Below are positions 32,979 through 46,400 of a stretch of 64,000 nt of DNA, piece after piece. Position numbers and translations under genes: made by a program. This stretch comes from Schmidtea polychroa. Its lineage: Eukaryota. Location: contig CM097885.1 of NCBI GenBank assembly GCA_044892525.1, positions 47,369,727 to 47,433,726 of the forward strand, in the 5' to 3' direction. The number at the start of each line of letters is the position of its first letter. The stretch's first letter is position 1. Under the pieces are notes generated by a model that made no database searches, had not been told where the DNA came from, and worked only from the letters and a program-made list of their open reading frames with translations.

Positions 32979-35900
32979 TGTTAGGGATATTTAAATAATT
33001 AATTCGCCATTTAAATCGGGTGTTTTAAAAATACCAGATTTAGGCAATAATTTGTATTTGTATTAAAAATAAATATTTGTAGATTGTTAAGTGGTTATTA
33101 TTAACATGGCGACCCCGGCAATGATCAATAAAATGATCCAGAATATTTACGATGGTAGCGTCGATGTAGACGTTTTTATTGGAGAATGCAAGAGGTATTT
33201 CCAATTATGTGGACTACAACAATCCAGTCAAAGTATGATGATCAAATGTTTGATCGCAAGAGAGTTGTTGCCAATTTATGAAACAATAGAAGAAAATGAA
33301 ATTTATTTTGAAGACAGATTGAAAAAGACTTTCAAGAAACCAACGACGTTGATAAGGAATTTTCTAACCCTCTGCAATTATGAAAAGAACGAGGATACTC
33401 CCCCAGTATATTTCGAAAAAATAGAAAAGAAGGTTGACCAAGTTCTGAAGCACAAATGGGACAAGAAAGAATTAATGTCATATTTTTTGGTCCATTGTAT
33501 CAAAGACAAGAATACACAGAAAGAAATAAAGATGAGAGATGCGATGAGCATCGACGAAATAAAAGGAGTGATAAAGAAGGTCGGTGAATTTAAACATTGA
33601 AGTATCCGGAATTTCAGTTTTGAATAGAAGGAAGGAAACGTTTGTCAGGACAAGACAAGGATTTGCCGATAGACAGAACCAAAGCAGAACTTTTACAAAT
33701 TCACAACGAAGTGAACACAGATATGATTCAACACCGAGGATGAAAGCCGATAATTTCCAGAACAGATTTCAACAAAGAAAAATACCGATTAGAAGCAGAT
33801 CAGTTATTACATGTTGGAATAGTGGGTCATATGAGTCGAGAATGTCGGAAACCAAGGGTTAAGAAATGCTTCCAATGTGGAAATGAAAGGCGCCAATCCA
33901 GAGAGTGCAATCAGAGAGCACAGAATGCAGAGATGAGATGTTTTTCGTGTAAAGATATTGGACACAACAGAAGAGAATGCCCATCAATATCGTGCTCAGG
34001 ATGTGGTAGAAGAGGCCACCTACGATTTCAATGCTGGAATCAGACAGACAGAAGAAGATACGCAGACGAGCGTGGGCCACCGAGATGGACACAGGAAGCC
34101 ACGTTTCAGACTGATCAAGTCGAGAACGACGAAAAAATATCATGTGAAGACGAAGACTACACAAACCAAGAAGCTCCATCCTTAGGCGATATGATCGGAG
34201 CAATGAATTAATGGGTAATAATGACGATTGTGTATGCTAGTATAATTGTATAAGTAGATGTAAATATATTAATAGTATTAGTAGTAAAGTGAATAGTATA
34301 ATTCCTTTCGTAAATAATTTAAATAAAATGAATAATAAAATGTTGGATGAGAATAATGTAATTAGAAATAATTGTAGCAGTAGAATTGTAGGAAATATCG
34401 ATATAGTTGAAAAAAATAATGAGCTAGAAACAAATTTTTAAAAAGCGAATCAATGTGAAATATTAGAAAGTGTAAAAAATAAAGTCGGTAAAAAATAAAG
34501 TTACGGCTATTCATGATTATTATTTATGACAATTATTTTAAATATGCCGAATGAAAACAATTTTGAAAAAATAAAAATTGATGACGATAATAAAAAAGAA
34601 TGCAAAAATAATTGTATTCAAATTTTATCGATAGATGACGTAAAAAAATCAAAAAAAGCAGAAAATATGATTTATGTACATAATGAAAAGGATAGAATAT
34701 TTGATACATGTGACTTTAAAATACAATATAGAAGTGAAACATATTTGAAGAAGGATCAGTATAATATTGTTTATGATAAAATGGGTAGACGTCCAAGTGT
34801 AATAATAGGCATAAATAATTACTTTAAGAATTGTTTGTTGGATACAGGAGCTAGAATGAATGTGAATTGATAGTTCGATTATAAAGGAAATCGGAAATCA
34901 AGTTTTAAACGAACACGAAGACAAATTTTGGTGCGCAAATGGTAGTCCATTAAAAACTTTGGGAAGAATCAAGCTTAGAATAAATATATGAAGTAGAGAA
35001 GAAAATATTGTTTTTGTAGTAGTTGAAAATGTATCTCCATCGATAATTAGAGGAATCGATTTATTACATAGTTAAAACTAATGAAAGTTATCGGAAATAA
35101 CAGCGTAAATGCAAGCTAATATAATAATATGGAAATATGCAACATTGAAGCCAAATTTGGAAAAAGAACGAGCGATGAACTTCGATTTAAAAGAGCAATA
35201 GAATTAATAGGATTAAGGTGTGACAACAAGCTTTATGGAGTAATAAAAAAATGCCGAAGTATTTATGATAGATAAGTGGGATATAGGCAAACCAATCTAT
35301 TAAAGCATAATATTAAAACTGTTGAAGGACCAATCCATTTGAACCAAAGAAGACATCCAGCCCACCTAGAATAAAAGATTGAAGAAGCTATTAAAAATTT
35401 GAAGGAAACGGTATAATTAGGAGGTGTGACTCACTGTGGAATACGCCGTTAGTATGTGTCTGGAAGAAGGAGAAAAAAGATATTCGATTATGTTTAGATT
35501 TTAGAAGTTTAAATAAAATGACAGAAAGACAAATCTTCCCAATGCCTAATATCGAACAGATGTTAGATTCATTAAATGGATCAATGTACTTTAGCACTAT
35601 TGATCTGGGAAGCGCGTATTATCAGGTTGAATTGACAGCAAATTCGCAAGAAAAGACAGCGTTCTCAACAAGATCTGGGCAGTTCTGTTTTAATAGGATG
35701 CCATTCGGGATTGCTGCTGCTCCAGCTACATTCCAAAAATTAATGAATATGGTTTTAGGAAAATTATTATGGAAAATTGCTATAGTGTATTTAGATGATA
35801 TTTTAATATTCTCAAAAGACAAAGAAGATCATATAAAAAGAATAAATGAAGTATTAGAAAAAATAAAAGAAGAAGGATTGAGAATAAATCCTGAAAATGG

Positions 35901-37943
35901 AGATTTTTGGTGAAGGAAACAAAATTTCTTGGTCACATTATAACTTGCGAAGGTGTTAAAGTCGATGGTGCTAAAATAGAAGCAATAAAAGGGTTTCAAA
36001 GACCAAAATGTTTAAAACAATTGAGTAGTTTCTTAGGACTGTTTAATTATTACAGAAAATTTATAAAAAATTATTCAAAATTCGAAAGAATATTAGAATC
36101 GATGTGCGGAAACAATAAAGACAAGTTAGTTTGGTTACAAGAATGTCAAGAAAGTTTTGAGGAATTGAAGAAAGCACTATCAACTATGCCAGTTCTAATA
36201 TATCCTGATTATGAGAAAGAATTTATTTTGGATACGGATGCTAGTTTCGACACCATAGGAACTGTTTTGTCACAGATTGATGATCTAGGTAATGAACGTG
36301 TTCACATACGATGAGTAAACATGAAATAGGATACTATATCACGATACAGGAACTTTTAGCAATTTATTACTTTGCACAGCATTTTAAGCGATTCCAGCTA
36401 ATGACAACAAAAAAACCTATAACGGCACAATTTCAGACATGGATAAACTTCTTGAGTAGTTTAGATATGGATATTAAATATCGAAAAGGAGTTGACCATT
36501 CGAACGCTGACGCGTTATCGAGATATAAATGTGGGAGATGTACACAGTGTATGGAAATTCAGTATAACGCAAAGACAAAGAAAGTAAAAACCAGATTGTT
36601 GGCAATGACAGCTACTAAACATGGATTACAATGGCAAAAAGGTAATGAAGAGATAGAACATATGAGAAAAGCAATTGATAAAAATTTAAGATTTAAAATC
36701 AACGAAGATTTAATTTTAACAAGAGAAAATAAAATTTGGATTCCAAAAGAAAATAGAATAGAATTTGTTAAAGACATGCACAAAATGTTGTGTCACGCTC
36801 GGTGCAAGAAGGTAATCGATTATATAAAAGTTAATTACGATATGGAGGAATTAAATACAATCGCGTCTCAATATATTCAAAGTTGTGAAATATGCCAGAA
36901 ACGAAAAACATTGACAACAAAAACAAAAGAGATAACTGTAAAAACACAAGTGGCGGAATCGTTTGAGGTTATAGCGATAGATTTTTGTGGACCTTTGCAG
37001 GCAAACATTCTTGGAAAGAAATATATTTTGGGAATTATATATATGTGTAGTCGATACATTTCGTTGACAGCAGTAGCAAAGCAGGACGAAAAAACTACAG
37101 CGGATACTATTGTGAAATTCTGGATATTAAAATACGGGGCACCGAGAATTATTCATGTTGATTGTGGAAAAACATTTGAGTCTAACTTGAAAAAAGAGTT
37201 GGCTAAGAATCACAATATACAGCTACAATTTTCTAGCCCTTATTATCATAACACTAATGGTTTGATTGAAAGACAATTTCGAACAATACGAGATTTTATC
37301 AGTACATCATTAAGAGATAAACTTAAGAGAAATTGGGTTTACTTTAAACGCTACCATTCAAAGTACAACTGGAAAGAGTCCATTAGAAGCAGTATTTGGT
37401 TTTCGGATATCTAGAGAATGGAACAATAATAAAAGAATATATAACGATAGAAGTAAAATAGTGGAGGAAGTGCAATCAAAACAAAGAAATTTAAATTATA
37501 AAAATGAAAACCGGATACACAGAGAATTCGATATAAATGAAGAAGTTTTAGTTAAAGTTGATTTGAGAAAAAAAGAGGAGGACTGATATACAGGACTCAT
37601 TGTAATTGTTAGAAAGATCCATGCAAATAGCTATGAATTACGAGACAGAGATGGAAAAATTATAATTCGCAACGTTGAATGGCTAAAACCTTTTAAACAG
37701 GGGAGATGTTAGGGATATTTAAATAATTAATTTATAAATATAATATATATTGTATTATAAGTATCAAATACTATTTTATAGTAAAAGTATAATAAGTATA
37801 AATGCTGGCACGCATAATTAGCATTATTATTCAATTAATTAATTCGCCATTTAAATCGGGTGTTTTAATATTACCATATTTAGGCAATTTATATTTGTAT
37901 TAAAAATAAATATTTGTAGATTATTAAGTGGTTATTATTATCA
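32979..37943 (+). mobile_element. Full-length but disabled Ty3/Gypsy LTR retrotransposon
   Basis: 5' LTR 32979-33106 (TG..CA); PBS TGGCGACC at 33107; gag with CCHC knuckles; protease LLDTGA; RT FNRMPFG/YLDD; RNase H DTDAS; integrase IAIDF/HVDCG/NGLIER; PPT AAACAGGGGAGA; 3' LTR 37707-37943; TSD ATAAT/ATACT. Confidence 0.95.
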
Positions 37944-38486
37944 ATACTAATTATTAAAAAATATTAAATTATAAATAAATATAAATTTTAAAATAAATAT
38001 TAAAATTAATTTATTTCATTTAAACAAATAATTAAAATTAACATAAAATAACTTCATTAAAACAAAAAATTTAATTAACCACTTCTATCTATTTCACAGT
38101 GTGCATTAGTTCATTCAGTGTTCCTTACATCAACAAAAATTGGAAAATAAAATTCTGTCTTCTAGCGACGTAAGAGTTTTCGGAAAGTCATATGGGATTC
38201 AATTTAGTCTATTCTTTGAAAAAAATTCTTTCTAATTGCGAAATCGCTGAAAGTAAAATGATCAATGCTATGACTGATAATGCGAGAAATGTTGATGTTG
38301 TTGAAGTTCGTAGAATCTCAACTTGATGGTTCTTATATAAATAAAAACAAAAAGATCTTTAAATTTTTTTTATTTAATATAACACTGATTAGTATAAAAA
38401 TATCAATCACCTTGTACAAATAATAACATAATATTTATTTGTTGATATGTATGTGTATAACTAAGTGAAATTTCCAGAGCTCGGAT

Positions 38487-38492
<6 letters not shown>

Positions 38493-38562
<70 letters not shown>
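38493..38562. repeat. (TA)n microsatellite
   Basis: Directly visible. Confidence 0.95.
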
Positions 38563-38565
<3 letters not shown>

Positions 38566-38899
38566 TCGAAATGATGTTGTAATATCAATTATTGAATTTA
38601 CACCTCTTCATAGAATGACTTTATGTGTGGTTTGACTGAAGAAAAGGTTGGTTTATATACTAAAATTTTGTAGTTCTTGACTTTAAGTGACAGGGATCCT
38701 TGATTGTCAATAATATTCGTTTTCCATAAACAACTTTTTATTTTAAAAAGTATAGTCAACAGTTGTTATTTTATCACTGTTTTCAGCATATCTGGTGCGT
38801 TTGTGGCTGGAAGTATTATAAATTATTATTTTATTGATATTCTTACTCTTCAGCGTTATTTTTCCTCTTTAACGACAAAGTAAAAGATCGGTAGACATT

Positions 38900-40005
38900 T
38901 TTTTGTTTAAAATTAGATTAAAAAGTTTTCAAATATTTATGGGAAATATTCAAAAATAAATTGAGTAAAAGGGAAATGTTAGTATATTAGCATATTAGCA
39001 AATTCTACACCTTTAATAGTTTTTGAAGAGCTGTTTAATCATAACGATTTGATTGGGAAAATAGTAGAAGAATCGAAAAATATTTTCAATTTTTGAAAGA
39101 TAATTAGCAATTCTCAAACGGTACAAGTGAATTAAAAAGAGAAGAGCTGATGTGCTTTATTGGTTTAACTTTACTGATAGCTAGAGTAAAAAAGCCTAAG
39201 GAGGTAAAGTATTGGTCAACTCATCCATTTCTGGAAACACCAATATTCAGTAAAATAATGAAGAGACAGGTGGTTTTTTATTAGGAAAAATTTGCATTTT
39301 TGTAAAAGTGACGAAAAATGTGATGATCGATTATTTAAAATAAGATTACCTGTCGACGCACTGCAGAGCTCATTCCAAAATAATTTTGTTCCATATGAGA
39401 ATCTTTGTATCGATGAGAGCGTTATGCTTTCCAAAGGTAGGCTTGCTGGACATACAACTCTCTCAATAAAAAACACCTCTAGCAGATTTTCAACTTTAAT
39501 TAATCAAAGAAATCTTTGATAAATGCAATTCAGCTGCAACAAGTAACACGAGAACGGTACACATCGAAAATTCAACAAGACTTACCGGTAGGCATTTCAT
39601 AAAGAAAATACCTACTGAAGAAGGGAAAAGAATAACCGTAAGAAGATATGTAATATGTTCGAAAAATAACAAAATAAAAGAAACTCCATATTACTGTAAA
39701 GACTGCAATGCACCGTTGTGTGTTTTGAACTGTTTTGAAATATATCACACAAAAAAATTTATAAGTTAAACTAAACTCTAATAATTCATTTTGCACTTTC
39801 TATTTGTATTTTTTTGTATTCTATTTACTTTGTATTCTATGAAAATAAAAAATAAAATTTTCTTCAGAATAAAATTTTTTTCTTACATATCAATACGTTC
39901 TTAAATTCAATTTAAATATGAAGAACGTACGGATACGAAATAACTAAATAACTAAACGCCGTATTTGGAACATTGTGATCTTAAAAATACTCCGTAATGA
40001 AAGGA
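38900..40005 (+). mobile_element. piggyBac (PGBD4-like) transposon remnant with right terminus
   Basis: ELMCFIGL..YWSTHPFLETPIFSKIM..LHF..DRLFKIR..LCIDESVM..KGRL; C-terminal YYCKDCNAPLCVLNCFEIYH; ends CTCCGTAATGAAAGGA followed by TTAA (40006-40009). The left boundary is approximate. Confidence 0.85.
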
Positions 40006-40233
40006 TTAATGATTGGTAATATTGTTCCATCTTCCAACAATGTTACATTTCGAGAAGCAAAAATAAAGAAGCAGCCCTGTTTTGGTCTTTTGCTACAATT
40101 ATGCATAAGAAAGGTTTGGGCATTGTAATTTAGAAAATCAGTTGGGCATTTCAAACATAGTTCTTAGGCTTCATCGGCATATGAAAGTTTCCAAAAAAGA
40201 CTCAATATTGCCTATATAAAATTAAAGACTATA

Positions 40234-40361
40234 AATCAGTAATATATCGATGTTTTTTGATACTCACGAATTTTCGGCACTGCCTTTTTCAAGTGAATTC
40301 ACTTGAAAAAGACAGTGCCCAGAATTCGTGAGTATCAAAAAACATCGATATATTACTGATT
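40234..40361. repeat. 128-bp near-perfect palindrome made of two head-to-head hammerhead-bearing repeat copies
   Basis: Centre GAATTC at 40295-40300. The arms match apart from a few substitutions in the ribozyme-like part. Confidence 0.92.
40262..40298 (-). ncRNA. Candidate minimal hammerhead ribozyme (U3-A8 variant), intact core
   Basis: AUUCAC-UUGAAAA-A-GGC-AGU-GCC-GAAA-AU-UC-GUGAGU: 6-bp stem I, 3-bp stem II, palindromic AAUU stem III, UUC cleavage triplet (predicted cut after 40268). Confidence 0.65.
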
Positions 40362-41239
40362 AATAAATTCAATTTTAATAAATTCAATGGAAAAAATAAT
40401 CAGTGGTGAAATTGGAAAAAAAAGTTCTTAGAATATATAAAATTGCCTATATTAAAAAAGTATTGCTTAAGCCAAAATCCTTTTTATCAGATCGAATTTA
40501 TCAATTGACATATCGAAGAGAATGTTGGAACAAAAGATGGTTATTTCTATTGCTCAATACGCTGATAAACAATTATCTCGCATATCATTAGACTTCTCTA
40601 GTAATGAAATGAAACTTTTAAAAAGGGCGATTCCAATTTTTAAGCCTTACAAATTGAAAACTGATGCTATGAGAGGGAAAAAGTATGTTTCTTCATTCTT
40701 AATAATTTTGTGCATTCTTCAGCTTCTTTTGAGACTAACCGTTTCGATGAAACCTATGAGTGTATTTTAAAATATGTTCCCAAAAATGTTTTCCCATCGA
40801 CCAATTACTTGATTCTCAAATGGTCTTTGCAATGTTATTAAATTAACGATTTAGAAGACCCTTTTTTCAATATATATAAACGGAAAGACTGCTGAAAATA
40901 TTTCAGAGGTACATGTGCAATCAATTGAAGCAAGAAAATGCCCAAAGTCAAAGCTGTCCTTTTTCAGTCAATAAAAATAAAATAACCCTGGTTATTGAGA
41001 ATCCAGTGAATAAAGAAATAAAAACGGGTTCAAAGAATGAGTTGTTATTAAAATTTTGTCCCATATTTAATTCAACTGAAGATAACAACGATAGATCTCA
41101 ACGTTGTGTTAATTAGCTTGCTCCTTGTATATTTTAACAATCCCGATCCATTGATTTGGTGGTGTAATTGTCAAGACAGATTTTAGAACTTTTTTAGTTT
41201 GCAAAAGAGTATCTTTCTGTTCCTGTAACTAGTAGGTCT

Positions 41240-42830
41240 GTTAGGTTCTGATCTGGTGGATAGATTCTTCCTAACACAAATTATATCTGACTCCAAAGAT
41301 ATATAAAAATATGTGCCTGTAAATATATAAATAATATGATTTAACCAAGACGTAAATACTAAAAGATTTATTAATTATGCACAAATGTATACAAAATTGA
41401 TTAACCCAAAAATTGCCGCTGATACTATCAAGGTATGAATATCGGTTGTACAAGCCGTCCCAGATATAAGAAACAAATGCTGAATCTAATTGCTCTCAGC
41501 ACTGTATTTGAAGTTAGGGACAAGATGGAGGGATTTCCAGAAATTTTCGTGATTGTCTAGATCAGTATTATCCAAACATTTTTGAGCCACAGCTCACTTG
41601 GCTGATTTAAAAATTTTCACGGCACACCTAAATTTTTTTTTGCTTTATTTGCAATTTTTTATTGCACTTTTACTTTTAATAAGAAATGAAAAACTTATTT
41701 ACTTGAAATAAATTTAATGTAAAAAATTTTAAATTTAGAAAAATTATTGAATGAAAAATTCATAAAACATAGTTAATGAGATTTATGTGCTTGATATATT
41801 TTAGATAGTCAATATTTCTAATAAGAAATATAAATATGATTGTAAACAAATAAATTTTGCACTTATTTGATTGATTAACATTTAAATTTGAAATAACAGT
41901 TAAAATATCCACAATCAAATTGCCTTTTATTAAGTTGTTTGGAAACACAGGGTTTTTTTGAATTTTTTTTAAAAAAATTCACGGCACACCTGGGCACCCA
42001 CCACGGCACACAGTTTGGACAACACTGGTCTAGATCGAGCTTGATTTAGCGTTTCCTAATATTTAATAGTTTAAATCTGACGAGTAAGTCAGGCAGAATT
42101 GCTGCTTCTCGTGATCGGGTTGTACAATTTAATATAAGAAATTCAAATAACCTTATGGTTAAGAAGTTCTTTTGTTTTCTTTTCTTATGACAAAGCTGAA
42201 TTTGCTTGTACAAGATTGTTATGAATTTAAAAATTTCTGTCTCTCTTTATATACTTTTACTTGAGGCGACAGCTGGTTTGATTTTCTCTCGATTCTTATT
42301 TAATTACCTTACAATAGCACTTGAATCTAGGAACAGCTGGTTCTGTATAGCGCTTTAAAATCAATAATGATTAAGCGTTGAAATTATTGTCTCTGGTAAT
42401 GGCTTTTAAAATCGATACTAATTATGCCCAGTACAAAATTATTATCTGCTTTAACTAAAACATTTACAGCTATTTATATTATTTGTTATTTTTGCATATT
42501 ATCTAAATATAGTTATTTAAATTTACTATTTTTATTTATAATTTATGTTAAGTAGTAAACTAATACTATTATTATATTCATTCTATTTTTAGCAATTATT
42601 TTTATCTACCTATTAACTTTTTATTATTCCTATCGTCCTAGCTTCTATACGCCTAATAAAATTGCTCTTTGAATGAGACCAACCCCAACAGGTCTTCCGA
42701 TAGAATTTTCTTAGTGCAGTAAATATTGCTACTGTTATTCGAAATTGCTTAAACCCGGGAACATTTGAAATGCTGACATTTCTGATTTATAATGAGTTGT
42801 AAAAGTTCGGTAATCCTAGGAAATAAAAAG
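41240..42830 (-). mobile_element. Possible degenerate non-LTR (LINE) remnant
   Basis: Short fragments resemble an APE endonuclease (NVPGFKQF, GRPVGVG) and a pre-RT region (DGLYNR). Heavily decayed and interrupted by a MITE. Confidence 0.3.
41563..42027. mobile_element. hAT (Buster-type) MITE
   Basis: TIRs CAGTATTATCCAAAC and GTTTGGACAACACTG. Exact TSD GTCTAGAT (41555-41562, 42028-42035). Repeated CACGGCACAC subterminal motifs. Confidence 0.92.
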
Positions 42831-43458
42831 AATTAGTTGTTTGAATGTAATCAATAAATTCTTCTATTTATTAAATAGTTTGTCTAAAACATTTTGATAT
42901 TACTTTATGAGATTGTACTTATACTTTTAGAAAATAATATGATATAAATATGGAGATATAAGAGATTTTGGAAAAACAGAATTCGTAGAACATAAAAACA
43001 TTACAATTTGAACCTCAAATTGTCATTGATTCTAGACTTCAATTGGTACAAAAATTGGGTTGATTTATTATCAGAAGTTATTTTGAAAGTATTTAGAAAA
43101 CGAGTTTATAGAAAGTAACTTATAAAATTACCAGGAAATAGATAAATTCCTGATATAAATACAGAAAGAAAAGTTAGAATAGATGATATGGCCTTAATGA
43201 CGTACGGATATTTATATTTTGTATTTTTCTTGCAAATATTTTACATAAATAGTATTATTAATTCAAATCTTTTTATTTAAATAACTATTAAAATAAAATA
43301 TTTTAGAAAATATCTATAAAATTTTACTTTATTAATTATTAATTATTATACAATTTAAAATTTTTATCAAAATTATGAAATTAATTTTAATATTAACTAA
43401 TGTTAACTAATTTTGTTTTTTTATGTAAAAATATTCAAAATTAGCGGGAAATCCTACT

Positions 43459-46400
43459 ATGAATCTTTTTGAAAAATCATTGAATATTTGGAAAGACATA
43501 AATGATCCCATAGATTTTATATATGAAAAAAAATTTATTTTTGATAACGAATATGTTGGAAAGGAAAATAATTGTTTATCATGTAAATAATTTCATTTTT
43601 TTTCGAAAGTAGTTATTTTTACATTTAGGTATTTCAAAATCTATAATACTTCTCGATGGGGAATTAAATCAACTTCACATTATTAAGAATAAGAATGATA
43701 ATGTTATCCATCAAACTATATTAATGACACCACAACCACTAGAAAAGTTTGTAAGAATGGAATTATCATCCAGTAAATTATTCATTGCTTTAATTGGCAA
43801 AGATTCTGTAAGTTTAGTAGAAATGTGTACTGTTTCTTCAGATAAGGTTCTCATAATATTATCTTTAAATTAATTTAAAGTCGATTTAGGCTTGTAAGAA
43901 AATAAAAGAGATTTTTAGCACCAAAGATACCATAGTGGAAGTTAAATGGTATCCTAAAGTTTACGATTATATTATTATTCTTACAAAGCAATCTATTTAT
44001 ATTTATCATATTTTTTCCAATTTAAAGTTTTCGGTTATTTACAAACATCATTTAAATGAAGAAATTGATAGTCATTCAAAATCGTTTGGTATTATTGAAG
44101 AATATATTGGATGTGATTTTGGTAGTGGAAGTAATATCGATGATAATAATGTATTCATTCTTAAAGACTCTGGTAAAATATTAAATGACTTAATTTAAAT
44201 TATATTTAATCAAATATTTAGGAGAAGTTTATTTATTACCGGAATTGAGAAAATTTATTAGTCGAAATCATATTGTTCCTGTGAAATTATTGTTTGACCC
44301 TCCTTCGGTTGATAATTACCAAGATGATTTTACATCGATTATTGTACTAAAAGGAATTATAGATGTAATTGTATTAGCAAATAATCATGGGAATGTACAA
44401 CATGCATTGTTTATTAACGGCAGGATTTGTGTTTATGAGACAATATCTATCGAAGTCGCTTCTGAGTTATCGGATCGTTGTGGTATTTATTTAATAGCCG
44501 ATGAAACCGCTTATCCTCCAAGATATTTCTTATTGCATTCTGGCGGTATTCAATCGTGTATTCTACCATGGATTGTGCATTTGCGTAGTTCGATGAAATC
44601 CAGTGAGAAAAATCAACTAGAAAACTCGTTAATCAACGCTGGAAATTCGATATTTGATCCAATAATTCAAACCTATGTGTTAGAACTCAATTGCAAATCT
44701 CAGGCACGATTTGCTGGCCTAACCGTTATACGGAAGCCATCATCTCCTCCGGAAATGTTTCTCATGCAATGCCGAGATAGGAAACAATTGATGACATTGA
44801 AACTGCGTTCAGAATCTCTACTGATGATGGATAAAGACCTGCCTAATTCCGAGGAAAATTTTTCAATAAATCGAGAATTGATAATCAAACCACGCAGCGA
44901 ATCTAAATTTTTGTCTTCCTTCAAAACGGAAATAGAGAAAGCTCACCATATGCCGATTCTTGCCAGTGGAATTGATAACCAAGAAGCTCCCGATGAAGCG
45001 AAGCTGAAACTCGTATTAAAGGTATGCTTTCTTTTTTGTTCGAATTTCAATGCCATTCAGTTTAAGTGTTGGGTAAATTATATTGATTTAGAATGAATTC
45101 TGATCTGATTTTCACCACCTTTGATCAGTTGTTATTTTCATTTGTTTTCTAATTAAATTTGAAGAGTATGATGAAGTAGACCAGTGTTTCTCAACCGGGT
45201 TCCACTAGCAATAATAATGAATAACAGGGGCAAATAAATGAATTTAAATGTCACTACACAGCTTCCACTGTCCTTCTTTGTGTGAATGTCTATATATGAT
45301 TCCAGTCTCACTGCTGGAATTGTATTCCTCATAGTGCGGTTATTCTTTTGTATAATAGATGATTCTTAAGTAAATAAATAATAATAAAATATACTAGCAA
45401 TGGCATGTAATAATTAATCTCTAAGGGCTCCCCACAACATGGATATCATTTTAGGGGCTAAAAGGCCGAGGAATGCTAAATTAGACAATTGGAGAATTTA
45501 ATTGATTTATTATGAATGTACTTTACAAAGGTACTTTCCTAAAGTGTCCCCAAGCAATTTAACTCATATTATAAATCATAATTCGTGAATATCAAAAACA
45601 TCGATATATTCATAGTCATCAAGCTTTTTAATATATGCTAGCTGGCGCACCACTTTTCGGATTTCGATTATTGCAAAAGCCGAAATCGTAAACGATATTT
45701 TGCTCTTTCTCAGGGGTGGCCACTTTGGAAAGGCATAATAACTCCTCGGGCCACATATAAAATCATATATCCACATATTATATTAAGATACACTATAGAC
45801 ATTTTTTGGAGTGAAAAATTGAAACATAATGAGTTAATATTATTGTGTTTACTATTATTCTTACATAGATAATATAATAATAATCATTACTAAACGTACA
45901 TTGTAAAGAAACATATAACACTAAAAATTGAATATATAAATATAAATGAAATCATTAAAAAATATTTATTTTATTAGTGCTATATTTGTTTCTCTGAATT
46001 TGCACTTCGTAATTGGTGTTGCAGGTTAGCGTCCGTTATGTTTAAGCGTGTTTTGTGTTTGGCCAATCTCATTTTCGAAACAAAACGATCTGCCGGTGTA
46101 AGTTGAACCAAAAGCGCTAACATTTTTTTGTGTCAGATTTTTCAAATCGGAAAATTTCTCTTTTTTGACGCAAATCTTATAAAAATCTATTTTGGATTCT
46201 GATGTTTCAAAAATGTGTTTTAATTCAATATTGTACTGTAATCAGTCAATCAGTTCTATTTGGTGATTTTTTGTGGCCGACTCGATTTCAACAACAAAGG
46301 CAAATGAATATATTTCAAAAATTTTGTGCGAGTGCATTATAACTTTTGTTTATTGATATAATTAGAATGTTTAAATTACACTGGGCATTATAAAATAAAT

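Larger units (their letters stand above)
38090..41235 (+). mobile_element. Fragmented Ac/ZBED-type hAT transposase remnant interrupted by younger insertions
   Basis: Colinear fragments YINKNW..EFSESHMG..MTDNARNV (38100-38295), QPCF (about 40075), MLEQK..IFKPY (40522-40770) and DPLIWW..KEYLSVPVTS (41145-41232). Confidence 0.6.

Noticed and set aside
38403..38588. IYIYIY ORF (also 61895-62080)
   Set aside because: It is the translation of (TA)n repeats.
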